A stretch of 64,000 nucleotides of DNA from Acidimicrobiales bacterium (lineage in GTDB: Bacteria > Actinomycetota > Acidimicrobiia > Acidimicrobiales > GCA-2861595), in NCBI GenBank assembly GCA_036262515.1, contig DATAIT010000127.1, positions 20,901 through 84,900 of the forward strand, written 5' to 3'. The notes below the pieces were generated by a model. That model saw nothing but the letters and a program-made list of their open reading frames with translations. It did no database searches and was not told the origin of the DNA. The translations under genes were made by a program, and so were the position numbers. This document shows positions 1 to 8,592 of this stretch, piece by piece. How positions within the stretch are numbered: position 1 is the first letter of the stretch; every line of letters starts with the position of its first letter.

Positions 1-1077
1 CCTGTCGAGCGCCGCCTCGGCGAGCCCTACGTGCGGCGGGCGACGGAGCGCCTCAACCAGGTGCGGCCGACGGTTGTGGCGATCACCGGCTCGTACGGCA
101 AGACGACGACCAAGGGCTACGTGGCCCACCTCCTCGCCGCCACCCGCTCGGTCGTCGCCACCCCGGCCAGCTTCAACAACCGGGCCGGTCTGGCCCGCGC
201 CGTGAACGAGAACCTCACGCCCGGCACGGAGGTGTTCGTGGCCGAGATGGGCACCTACGGTCCGGGCGAGATCGCCGACCTGTGCCGGTGGTGCCCACCC
301 GACGTCGGCGTCATCACGGCCATCGGTCCCGTCCACCTCGAGCGGATGCGCACGGAGGAGACCATCGCGGCCGCCAAGGCCGAGATCCTCGAACGGGCCG
401 GGGTGGCTGTGCTCAACGTCGACCACCCGCTGCTCGCCGCCCTGGCCGGTCGCCGGGCGGCTGCGGGGCAGCGGGTGCTGCGCTGCTCGGCGGCGGCCCA
501 GGCCGCCGGTGCCGACGTGGTGGTCACCGCCGGAGAGGTGCGCGCCGCCGGCCGCCTCGTCGGCCGTGCGCCCCCCGGTGCCCAGCCGACCAACGTGGCG
601 TGTGCGGTGGCTGTCGCGCTGGAGCTGGGCGTGCCCGAGGACGTCGTCGCCGAGCGCCTGCCCTCCCTGCCGGGCGCCCGGAACCGGCTCAGCGTGTCCA
701 AGACGGCCGGCGGGGCGACCGTGCTCGACGACACGTACAACGCCAACCCGGCGGGAGCGGCGAGCGCCCTCGCCGCCCTGACCGGTCACGGGACGCCCGA
801 CCACCTCCGTGTGGTGGTGACGCCCGGCATGGTCGAGCTCGGCCCCCTGCAGTACACGGAGAACGCCCGCTTCGCAGGGGCGGCCGCCGCCGTGGCGTCG
901 CACCTCGTCGTCGTCGGCCACACCAACCGACGCGCCCTGCTGGAGGGAGCGGCCGGCGGCCGGGCCGAAGTGGTGGCCGTGGAGACGAGGGAGCAGGCTG
1001 TGGCGTGGGTGCGCCAGCATGTGGGGGAGGGTGACGCCGTCCTCTACGAGAACGATCTGCCCGACCACTTCGCCTGA
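1..1077 (+). CDS. murF: Mur ligase family protein, MurF-like (UDP-MurNAc-tripeptide--D-Ala-D-Ala ligase); 5' end lies off the window
   Basis: The frame is open from nt 1. The Mur-ligase P-loop 'ITGSYGKTTTK' sits only ~20 aa into the listed ORF, so the N-terminal domain is missing. MurF-type 'DDTYNANP' motif is present. ddl follows directly. Confidence 0.8.
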   Translation, partial: PVERRLGEPYVRRATERLNQVRPTVVAITGSYGKTTTKGYVAHLLAATRSVVATPASFNNRAGLARAVNENLTPGTEVFVAEMGTYGPGEIADLCRWCPPDVGVITAIGPVHLERMRTEETIAAAKAEILERAGVAVLNVDHPLLAALAGRRAAAGQRVLRCSAAAQAAGADVVVTAGEVRAAGRLVGRAPPGAQPTNVACAVAVALELGVPEDVVAERLPSLPGARNRLSVSKTAGGATVLDDTYNANPAGAASALAALTGHGTPDHLRVVVTPGMVELGPLQYTENARFAGAAAAVASHLVVVGHTNRRALLEGAAGGRAEVVAVETREQAVAWVRQHVGEGDAVLYENDLPDHFA

Positions 1078-1113
1078 GCGTCCGCCGCGACGTCACCTCC
1101 ACAGGAGCCCGCC

Positions 1114-2190
1114 TTGCCCAGACCCGCCGTCGTCTTCGGAGGACCGTCGCCAGAGCACGACGTCAGCATCCTCACCGGGCTCCAGGCGGCCCGGGCGCTG
1201 GGCGACGTCTTCGGCGTGTACTGGTCCAAGGACGGCGGCTTCTGGGAGGTCGACGTCACCGCCGAGGCCGAGGCGTTCGCCGATGGGGTGCCGCGCAAGG
1301 CGGGGCAGCTGCGCCTGGTCGCCGGCGAGGGTCTGGTCGGCAAGCGCCGGGCCCTCGACGTGTCGGCGGTGGTGAACTGCTGCCACGGGGGACCGGGCGA
1401 GGACGGGAGCCTGCAGGGCGCCCTCGACCTGGCCGGACTCGCCTACACCGGTCCCACCGCGGCCGGGGCCGCGCTCGGCATGGACAAGCTGGCCTTCGGC
1501 AACGTGGTCAGCGGTGCCGGTCTGCCCTCGCTGCCGCGGGTGCTGGTCACCCCCGGCTCCGAGCTGCCCTGGGACGGGCCGTCGATCCTCAAGCCCCGCT
1601 TCGGCGGATCCTCGATCGGCATCGAGGTGGTGGCCGACGCGGCCACGGCCACCGCCCTGGTCACCCGGAGCCCCCACCTGCGGGCGGGGGCCGTGGCCGA
1701 GCCGTACCGGGAGGACGCCTTCGACCTGAACCTGGCCGTCCGCTCGTGGCCGCAGCTGGAGCTGTCGGCCATCGAGCGGCCCCTGCGCACCGACGGCGGC
1801 AGCATTCTCGGGTACAAGGACAAGTACCTGGGCGGCGAGGGAATGGCGAGCGCACCCAGGGAGCTGCCGGCCCGGCTGCCCGAGGCGGTGGCCGCCCGCG
1901 TGCGGCACATGGCCACCGTCGTCGCCGGGCTGGCCGGGGTGCGGGGGGTGGCCCGCATCGATTTCCTCGCCGCCGGCGAGTCGTTCGACGAGGTGTACGT
2001 GAACGAGGTCAACACCATCCCCGGCTCGCTCGCGCGCTACCTGTGGGTCGAGCCGGCGGTGCCCTTCCGCCGGCTGCTCGACGACCTGCTCGAGGAGGCC
2101 GTCCGCCGGCCGTCGTTCTCGTGGAGCACCCAGGGCGCCGACGGCACCGCCCTGCGGGCGGCGGGCAGCATCGCCGCCAAGCTGGCCTGA
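1114..2190 (+). CDS. ddl: D-alanine--D-alanine ligase
   Basis: N-terminal 'VVFGGPSPEHDVS' and C-terminal 'YVNEVNTIPGS' are ATP-grasp Ddl motifs. TTG start is preceded by 'acaggag'. Confidence 0.9.
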   Translation: MPRPAVVFGGPSPEHDVSILTGLQAARALGDVFGVYWSKDGGFWEVDVTAEAEAFADGVPRKAGQLRLVAGEGLVGKRRALDVSAVVNCCHGGPGEDGSLQGALDLAGLAYTGPTAAGAALGMDKLAFGNVVSGAGLPSLPRVLVTPGSELPWDGPSILKPRFGGSSIGIEVVADAATATALVTRSPHLRAGAVAEPYREDAFDLNLAVRSWPQLELSAIERPLRTDGGSILGYKDKYLGGEGMASAPRELPARLPEAVAARVRHMATVVAGLAGVRGVARIDFLAAGESFDEVYVNEVNTIPGSLARYLWVEPAVPFRRLLDDLLEEAVRRPSFSWSTQGADGTALRAAGSIAAKLA

Positions 2191-2210
2191 GACGGTCGGA
2201 GGGCACTGCG

Positions 2211-2555
2211 GTGGTCGACGTCGACCCCGAGAGGTTCCGGCAGCTGGTCGCCGACGCCCTCGACGACCTGCCGCCCGACCTGGGCGAGGTGATGCAGAAC
2301 GTCGCCGTCGTCGTGAACGACACGTCGCCGCCGGGCAGCGTGCTGGGGCTGTACGAGGGCATCCCGCTGACCGAACGGGCCGAGTACGGCGGTCTTGCGC
2401 TGCCCGACCGCATCACCATCTTCCGCCGGGCGATCTGCCGCATGTGCGCGGGCGAGGAGGAGGTCGTCGCCCAGGTGCGGATCACCGTCGTCCACGAGGT
2501 CGCCCACCATTTCGGCATCTCCGACGCCCGCCTCGAGGAGCTCGGCTGGGGCTGA
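2211..2555 (+). CDS. Small zinc metallopeptidase-like protein (zincin-like, DUF1025-type)
   Basis: This is the C-terminal part of ORF 1746..2555. An in-frame GTG at 2211 follows the ddl stop. 'HEVAHHFG' HExxH motif; ~114 aa. Confidence 0.7.
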   Translation: MVDVDPERFRQLVADALDDLPPDLGEVMQNVAVVVNDTSPPGSVLGLYEGIPLTERAEYGGLALPDRITIFRRAICRMCAGEEEVVAQVRITVVHEVAHHFGISDARLEELGWG

Positions 2556-2657
2556 CTCGGGGGCCCCGAGGGCGGTGCACGCGCAGACGCTGCCCTGTGT
2601 GCTTCGAACGCGGGTCCGGCGCTACGGTGGCCCGCCGCTGCGACCGGAAGGAGTCCC

Positions 2658-3905
2658 ATGCGCTGGACACTGCCGCCCGAGAAGGTCCCGGAAGCCTGGT
2701 TCAACGTGGTGCCGCGTCTCCCCCAGCCCCTCGACCCGCCGCTGCACCCCGGCACGCGCCAGCCCGTGGGGCCCGACGACCTGGCCCCGCTGTTCCCGAT
2801 GGCCCTCATCGGCCAGGAGGTGAGCGCAGAGCCGTGGATCGACGTCCCGGGCGAGGTGCTCGACGTGTTGCGGCTGTGGCGGCCGACGCCGCTGGTGCGG
2901 GCCACCCGCCTGGAGCAGGCGCTCGGGTCCCCGGCCCGGATCTACTACAAGGACGAGTCGGTGTCGCCGGCCGGTTCCCACAAACCCAACACGGCGGTCG
3001 CCCAGGCCTTCTACAACAACGCGGAGGGCATCGCCCGCCTGGCGACCGAGACCGGAGCCGGGCAGTGGGGGAGCGCCCTGTCGTTCGCCAGCGCCCTGTT
3101 CGGCCTGGAGTGCAAGGTGTACATGGTCCGTGCGTCGTACGAGCAGAAGCCGTACCGGCGGATGATGATCGAGACGTGGGGCGGCGAGGTCGTCCCGTCG
3201 CCGGTCGCCGACCCGACGGTCCCCGGCTCGCTCGGGAGCGCGATCAGCGACGCCGTGGCCGACGCCGGTGGTCGCGACGACACGCACTACGCCCTCGGCT
3301 CGGTGCTCAACCACGTGCTCCTGCACCAGACCGTCATCGGTCTGGAGGCCAAGGAGCAGCTGGCGCTGGCCGGTGAGGCGCTGCCCGACGTGGTCGTGGG
3401 GTGCTGTGGCGGCGGCTCGAACCTCGGCGGCCTCACCCTCCCGTTCGTCGAGGACGACGGCGTGCGACTGGTCGCCGTCGAGCCCTCGTCGTGCGCCACG
3501 CTCACCTCCGGGCGCTTCGACTACGACTTCGGCGACACCGTCGGGCTCACGCCGCTGCTTCCCATGTACACGCTCGGTCACGAGTTCGTGCCGCCGCCGA
3601 TCCACGCCGGCGGGCTGCGCTACCACGGCGACGCGCCGATCATCTCCAACCTCGTCCGCTCCGGCCGCATGGAAGCGGTCGCGTACCCGCAGTCGAAGGT
3701 GTTCGAGGCCGCCGTGCACTTCGCCCGCACCCAGGGCACCATTCCTGCGCCCGAGACGAGCCACGCCATCCGGGCCGTGGTGGACGAGGCCCTGGCGGCC
3801 AAGGAGGAGGGCGTCGACCGGGTGATCCTTTTCGGGTACTCGGGCCACGGGCTGCTCGACCTGTCGGCCTACGACGACTACCTCAACGACCGGCTGGACG
3901 CGTAG
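2658..3905 (+). CDS. TrpB-like PLP-dependent enzyme (tryptophan synthase beta, TrpB2-type)
   Basis: '[16 protein letters not shown]' PLP-lysine motif and the long TrpB2-style N-terminus '[10 protein letters not shown]'. RBS 'ggaaggag' lies before the ATG. Confidence 0.85.
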   Translation: MRWTLPPEKVPEAWFNVVPRLPQPLDPPLHPGTRQPVGPDDLAPLFPMALIGQEVSAEPWIDVPGEVLDVLRLWRPTPLVRATRLEQALGSPARIYYKDESVSPAGSHKPNTAVAQAFYNNAEGIARLATETGAGQWGSALSFASALFGLECKVYMVRASYEQKPYRRMMIETWGGEVVPSPVADPTVPGSLGSAISDAVADAGGRDDTHYALGSVLNHVLLHQTVIGLEAKEQLALAGEALPDVVVGCCGGGSNLGGLTLPFVEDDGVRLVAVEPSSCATLTSGRFDYDFGDTVGLTPLLPMYTLGHEFVPPPIHAGGLRYHGDAPIISNLVRSGRMEAVAYPQSKVFEAAVHFARTQGTIPAPETSHAIRAVVDEALAAKEEGVDRVILFGYSGHGLLDLSAYDDYLNDRLDA

Positions 3906-3907
3906 GC

Positions 3908-4444
3908 GTGCCCCGCTTCGCCCTGAGCGCGGTCGGCGCCGACCGCCCCGGCATCGTGGCCGCGGTCACCGGCGCGCTGGTGGACCACGGGTGCAATCTC
4001 GAGGACACGTCGATGTCGATCCTGCGGGGCCAGTTCGCCATGATGCTCGTGGTCGCCGGCCCCGAGGGGCTCGACGCGGCGACCCTCGAGGAGGCGCTGG
4101 CCACGCCGGCGGCCGACCTCGACCTGGTGGTGGCCGTGCGTTCCGTGGCCGACGAGGTGCCGGCCGCCCCGGAGGGCGAGGCATGGGCGGTGGCCGTGTA
4201 CGGCGCCGACCGCCCCGGGATAGTCCACCGGGTGACGTCGCTGCTGGCCGGCGAAGGAGCGAACATCGTCGACCTGAGCACCCGCGTGATCGGCGAGCCC
4301 GACCGCCCCGTCTACGCCATGATCCTCGAGGTGTGCCTGCCGCCGGGGCTCGAAGGGGCGGTCCTGACCGACCGCCTCGGGGCGCTGGCGCGCGAGCTCG
4401 GCGTCGAGTGCAGCGCCCATCTCTCGGAGGCCGACATCTTGTGA
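3908..4444 (+). CDS. Tandem ACT-domain protein (GcvR-like regulatory protein)
   Basis: In-frame GTG at 3908, just after the trpB-like stop. Two repeats each start with 'GADRPGIV', the typical ACT fold opening. Confidence 0.7.
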   Translation: MPRFALSAVGADRPGIVAAVTGALVDHGCNLEDTSMSILRGQFAMMLVVAGPEGLDAATLEEALATPAADLDLVVAVRSVADEVPAAPEGEAWAVAVYGADRPGIVHRVTSLLAGEGANIVDLSTRVIGEPDRPVYAMILEVCLPPGLEGAVLTDRLGALARELGVECSAHLSEADIL

Positions 4445-4475
4445 GCGGCGCGCCCGCACGCGCCACCTCGGCCTG

Positions 4476-4976
4476 ATGCCGGTCCGGCCGGTGCTCCGCA
4501 TGCCCGAGGCGGTCCTCAAGGAGCGGGCCCGGCCGGTCGGGGTCATCGACGAGGCGGCGCGGGCGCTCGCCCTCGATCTCGTCGACACCATGCGGGCGTC
4601 CCCTGCGTGCGTGGGCCTGGCCGCGCCCCAGATCGGGGTGAGCGTCCGCGCCTTCGCCATGGACGTCAGCGGCCACCGCAAGGCGAAGTCTTGCCACGGC
4701 GAGATCGTGCTGTTCGACCCCGTGATCCTGGTGTCCTCCGACCCCGTGCACGGGCGGGAGGGATGCATGAGCGTGCCCGACCTGACCGGAGACGTGGCCC
4801 GCTGGACGGAGGTCGTGGTGCGGGGGCGCACCGTCGAGGGCGAAGAGCGGGTCCTGCGCACGGACGCCTTCGAGGCGAGGGCCGTCCAACACGAGCTCGA
4901 TCACCTCGACGGCCTGCTCTTCCTCGACCGCGTCACCTCGCCGGCGGCCGTGTTCCGCCGCAAGATGTACCGCTGA
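4476..4976 (+). CDS. def: Peptide deformylase
   Basis: All three PDF motifs are present: 'GLAAPQIG', 'EGCMSVP', 'QHELDHLDG'. Confidence 0.9.
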   Translation: MPVRPVLRMPEAVLKERARPVGVIDEAARALALDLVDTMRASPACVGLAAPQIGVSVRAFAMDVSGHRKAKSCHGEIVLFDPVILVSSDPVHGREGCMSVPDLTGDVARWTEVVVRGRTVEGEERVLRTDAFEARAVQHELDHLDGLLFLDRVTSPAAVFRRKMYR

Positions 4977-5007
4977 TCCGCGAGGCCCGTCCTCTACGCT
5001 TGGCTCC

Positions 5008-5625
5008 GTGCCGTTCCCCCGGAAGCTGCTGAACGAGGGCGAGGACGTGGTCCTCGACCTGCACCCGCACTGGTGGTACTTCGCCCGTCCCGTCACGGCG
5101 GTCGTCGTCGCAGCCGTGGCTGCCGTGTTCGCGTACACGAAGGACGTGACGTTCTTCCGGATCGCCACGCTCGTGCTGCTCGTGGCCGCCGTGGGCTGGC
5201 TCGCCGTCGCCTACGCCAAGTGGAGCACCACCAATGTGGTGGTCACCACCGACCGCCTCATCCACCGCAGCGGGGTCCTCGGCAAGCAGGGCAAGGAGAT
5301 CCCCCTCGAGCGGGTCAACGACATCAGCGTGCACCAGACGTTCTTCTCCCGGATGATCGGGGCGGGCGACGTCACGATCGAGTCCGGCGGCGAGCGCGGC
5401 CAGCAGCGGTTCAGCCAGATCGCCAGGCCGTTCGTCGTGCAGAACGTGATCTACGTGGAGATGGAGCGGGCCAAGGCCAGGGATGCCGACCGCACCGGCG
5501 GTGGCGGGCGCCGGGAGCTCTCGATCCCCGAGCAGCTCGAGAAGCTGGACGACCTCCGGCAGCGAGGGATCATCTCCCAGGCCGAGTTCGACGCCAAGAA
5601 GACCCAGCTGCTCGAGCGGATGTAG
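5008..5625 (+). CDS. Membrane PH-domain (bPH_2/YdbT-like) protein with C-terminal SHOCT domain
   Basis: Two N-terminal TM helices are followed by a 'TTDRLIHRSGVLGKQGKEIPLERVNDIS' PH-like segment. C-terminal 'IPEQLEKLDDLRQRGIISQAEFDAKKTQLL' is a SHOCT-type motif. Confidence 0.7.
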   Translation: MPFPRKLLNEGEDVVLDLHPHWWYFARPVTAVVVAAVAAVFAYTKDVTFFRIATLVLLVAAVGWLAVAYAKWSTTNVVVTTDRLIHRSGVLGKQGKEIPLERVNDISVHQTFFSRMIGAGDVTIESGGERGQQRFSQIARPFVVQNVIYVEMERAKARDADRTGGGGRRELSIPEQLEKLDDLRQRGIISQAEFDAKKTQLLERM

Positions 5626-5632
5626 GCGCCGG

Positions 5633-5908
5633 GTGGGCGCGCGGGCGGACCTCAGGGATGTCAGGGAGCTCGGTATCGAGCGTGGCCAGCGCGTGCGCTT
5701 CCGGCGGGGCGGTGGCCGGCCGTGGCACAGCGGGCGGGTCAGCGGTATCGAGCGGGACGGCAGCATCGGCGTCATCGACGCCAAGGGGTCGTCGCGCGCC
5801 GTTCCGATCCAGCGCATCGAGGTCCGCACGACCGGTGCTCGCGGCGCGCCCCGGTGGGAGTCGCTGGTCGCGGTGGCCGCCCGTACCGAGCAGCTCAACC
5901 TGTTCTGA
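5633..5908 (+). CDS. Hypothetical small protein
   Basis: In-frame GTG within ORF 5483..5908, 8 nt after the upstream stop. No recognisable motif. Supported only by operon position and non-repetitive composition. Confidence 0.4.
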   Translation: MGARADLRDVRELGIERGQRVRFRRGGGRPWHSGRVSGIERDGSIGVIDAKGSSRAVPIQRIEVRTTGARGAPRWESLVAVAARTEQLNLF

Positions 5909-5909
5909 C

Positions 5910-6692
5910 GTGCGCCCCCGGGTCGGAGCGACGCTCGTCACGCTCGCCCTGGTGGGCGCGGGGGCGGGCGCCCGCCTCGGCCCGCCCGGCCGGATGGTGG
6001 CGCAGACGGGCGGCACGTCGAGCTCATCGGGCACCGGCTCGGGGTCGTCGGGATCATCGGGCGCCGGGTCCTCGGGCTCCTCGCAGGACGGGTCGTCGGC
6101 AGGCGGCTCGTCCAGCGGCGACGGCTCGTCGGGAGACGGATCGTCGGGCAGCGGCACGGGCGGCAACGGGGGCACGGGCGGTGACGAGGGCAGGGGCGGC
6201 GGCGCCGGGGGCGGCACGCCACCAGACTCGGGCGGTCCAGGGAAGACGGCGCCCGGTGGGGCGGCGACCACGGCGCCGGCCGCCATTCCCCAGCCGACCA
6301 CGCCGAGCTCGATACCGGCTGATCGCGTCGGCGAGGGAGAGCCGTCCGACTGCGGACCGGAGTTCGCCGTCGGTCTTCGCTGCTTCGACGTCGGCGACGG
6401 CCGCGGGATCCGTGGCGTCCGGGTGCCCGACGGGATCGGTGGCTTCGTGATCGTGCCGATCGCTCCGGTGCCGGTGGTGAACGTCGACACGGGGGCGTCC
6501 ACGAGCGCGTCGAGCAATGTCGACCTGCGTATCGGGGTGAACGGGCGGACGGGCGAGGTCGTCCGCGTGAAACGGCGGGCCGACGCCCGCCGCCAGCGCG
6601 GCTTCGCGACCATCGCCATCCTCCTGCTGGCCGTGATAGCGGCCGCTTCGGTGGCGACGTACCTGCGGGTCCGTCGCCTGGGGTCGCCGTGA
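5910..6692 (+). CDS. Hypothetical envelope protein: N-terminal signal/TM, Ser/Gly-rich low-complexity region, C-terminal TM anchor
   Basis: In-frame GTG at 5910 in ORF 5073..6692. 'ATLVTLALVGAGAGA' hydrophobic N-terminus, long 'GSGSSGSSGAGSSGSS' tract, C-terminal 'FATIAILLLAVIAAASVATYL'. Confidence 0.5.
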   Translation: MRPRVGATLVTLALVGAGAGARLGPPGRMVAQTGGTSSSSGTGSGSSGSSGAGSSGSSQDGSSAGGSSSGDGSSGDGSSGSGTGGNGGTGGDEGRGGGAGGGTPPDSGGPGKTAPGGAATTAPAAIPQPTTPSSIPADRVGEGEPSDCGPEFAVGLRCFDVGDGRGIRGVRVPDGIGGFVIVPIAPVPVVNVDTGASTSASSNVDLRIGVNGRTGEVVRVKRRADARRQRGFATIAILLLAVIAAASVATYLRVRRLGSP

Positions 6693-7453
6693 GCCTCGTC
6701 TCCGATGCGATGTCCTGCCGCGTGGGACGGTTCACCGCCGGATACCTCGTTCTGTTCGGGGCGTGGTCGGCCGGCCGCGGCGACCGCCGCTTCCTCGCCT
6801 ATGTCGTCGTCGTCGGCGGCCTGGCCGCCGCGTTGCGCGCCGCCCACCGCGCCGCCCGGTTCAGCTCCGTGCTGTGCGGCGCGCTGGCCGTGTGCGGGCT
6901 GCTCCACCTCTCGGGTGGTCTCCTGCCGTCCCCGACCCCTGGCGCCGCCGTCCTGTACGAGACGTGGCTGGTTCCCGAGCTGGTGAAGTTCGACCAGCTG
7001 GTGCATTTCACGATCACCGCCGTGCTCACCGTCGCCCTCTGGCACTTGCTCGGGGGCTGGATCGACGCCGGCCGCTGCGGGCCGTGGGGACGCGCCCTTC
7101 TCGCCGTGCTGGCCAGCCTCGGTTGGGGTGGGCTGAACGAGGCGTTCGAGTTCCTCTCCACGCTGCGATTGGACAACTTCGTCGGCGGGCTCGACAACAC
7201 GGGGTGGGATCTCGTCTTCAACGCCTTCGGCGCTCTGGCGGCGGGCGCCTGGCTCGCCTGCGCCTCACCGCCGAGGAGCACGGCCGGCGCACCGGATCGG
7301 GCCGCTCCGATCGTGGACCTGCGCCTGGGTGGGTCCACCGCCCGAGCGCCGGCGACAGCGACGGACCCTCATCCGATGCGAGACGCCAGCCTCGTCGACA
7401 CGTTGCCGCCGGCCAGGCGCTCGAGGGCAGCGGGCTCGACGCGCTGGAAGTAG
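6689..7453 (+). CDS. Hypothetical polytopic membrane protein (possibly DUF2238/YjdF-like)
   Basis: Several hydrophobic helices. The GTG overlaps the upstream TGA by 4 nt. The last ~85 nt overlap the 3' end of the convergent GH1-like gene, so the C-terminus may be over-extended. Confidence 0.5.
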   Translation: MSLVSDAMSCRVGRFTAGYLVLFGAWSAGRGDRRFLAYVVVVGGLAAALRAAHRAARFSSVLCGALAVCGLLHLSGGLLPSPTPGAAVLYETWLVPELVKFDQLVHFTITAVLTVALWHLLGGWIDAGRCGPWGRALLAVLASLGWGGLNEAFEFLSTLRLDNFVGGLDNTGWDLVFNAFGALAAGAWLACASPPRSTAGAPDRAAPIVDLRLGGSTARAPATATDPHPMRDASLVDTLPPARRSRAAGSTRWK

Positions 7454-8592
7454 CCCGTCACGCCGACGCCGTCGGCCGACACGGCCTCCACCTGGGTCAG
7501 GTTGCGGCGGAGGCCATCGAGGCCGACCGGCCCGTCGACGCCCACCCACAGCGGAACTCCCACGTCGCGGTTGGCCCGGCACGACTGCTCGATCTCGTCG
7601 CCGCGCGGACGCCACCGCGCGCTTCCGCCCGGTCCGACGGCGACGGGGAGGGCTCGGTACGCGTCGCCCGCCTCGGCCGACACCTGGAGCACGTCGAGCG
7701 ATCGCTCGCACGCGCTGTCGTAGACGGCGGCGACGGCCCGGGCGAGTGCCTGCTCGGCCGGGATGGCGGCGCGGACGATGCGGCGCAGCCCGCGCCCGAC
7801 CCGCCCCCCGGAGGACCCCGCCGGCCCGGCCATGTACGCCGACCGCCGGTCGGCGAGCCACCGGTGCACCTCGTGGCGGCCCACGCCCTCGCGCCGCGCC
7901 GCCAGCACGTCCACCAGGAGGCGGTCGAGCTCGTAGACGGGGAGGTGGCGGTTGCCGGTGGCGACGACGCCGTGGGGCTGGCGCTCCTTGATCGTCTCGT
8001 ACGCCAGGACGTGGCCGGCCAGCAGATGGTCGAGGCTGCGGATGGTGGCGGCGACGTCGAGCCGCCGACCCGGAGGGTGGCGCCCGGCCATGTACGAGAA
8101 GAGGGCGGTGACGTTGAGCTGGTCGATGGTGACCCACTGGTTGGCGCGCCCGGCGAAGTGCTCGACCGCCGTGTCGACCCACGAGCAGAACCGCTCCGGG
8201 CTGTCCGGTCGCAGCCAGAAGTCGACGCCCATCCACGCCGGGTGGGCGAAGCGGTGCAGCACGACGGTGGGTTGCAGCCCGTGCTGGTGGCACACGTCGA
8301 GCAGGCGGCAGTAGCCGGCCACCGCGTCGAGGTCGACCTGCCCGTCCAGGGGCTCGCAGCGGGCCCACTCCACGCAGACCCGGACGGTGTCGAACCCGGC
8401 CGCCGCCACCCGGGCGACGTCGCTGTCCCAGCGCCGCCGGAAGCCGTCCGACGCCGGCCAGGCGGGAGCCCGTCCCTCGATCTCCCACCAGCACCAGCTG
8501 TGGGCCGGCTCGCCCCGGCCGTTGAAGCCGCCCTCGTGCTCGAACCCGCCGAGGATGGCGCCCGTGCGCAGCCCGTGGTCCGGACCGGCCAC
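7369..8592 (-). CDS. Glycoside hydrolase family 1-like protein with non-canonical catalytic positions
   Basis: GH1-like blocks 'RVCVEWARCEP', 'VVLHRFAHPAWM', 'WVTIDQLN', 'PLWVGVDG', 'DGVGVTGYF'. The GTG start directly abuts the upstream TAG stop. Confidence 0.75.
   Translation of the reverse strand: MAGPDHGLRTGAILGGFEHEGGFNGRGEPAHSWCWWEIEGRAPAWPASDGFRRRWDSDVARVAAAGFDTVRVCVEWARCEPLDGQVDLDAVAGYCRLLDVCHQHGLQPTVVLHRFAHPAWMGVDFWLRPDSPERFCSWVDTAVEHFAGRANQWVTIDQLNVTALFSYMAGRHPPGRRLDVAATIRSLDHLLAGHVLAYETIKERQPHGVVATGNRHLPVYELDRLLVDVLAARREGVGRHEVHRWLADRRSAYMAGPAGSSGGRVGRGLRRIVRAAIPAEQALARAVAAVYDSACERSLDVLQVSAEAGDAYRALPVAVGPGGSARWRPRGDEIEQSCRANRDVGVPLWVGVDGPVGLDGLRRNLTQVEAVSADGVGVTGYFQRVEPAALERLAGGNVSTRLASRIG

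Noticed and set aside
7369-7453. 85-nt convergent overlap between the membrane-protein ORF (6689..7453) and the GH1-like gene, as a possible functional antisense overlap
   Set aside because: The overlapping tail of the + strand ORF is low-complexity ('RAPATATDPHPMRDASLVDTLPPARRSRAAG') beyond its last TM helix. The overlap is more likely to have no regulatory meaning. This cannot be decided from sequence alone.
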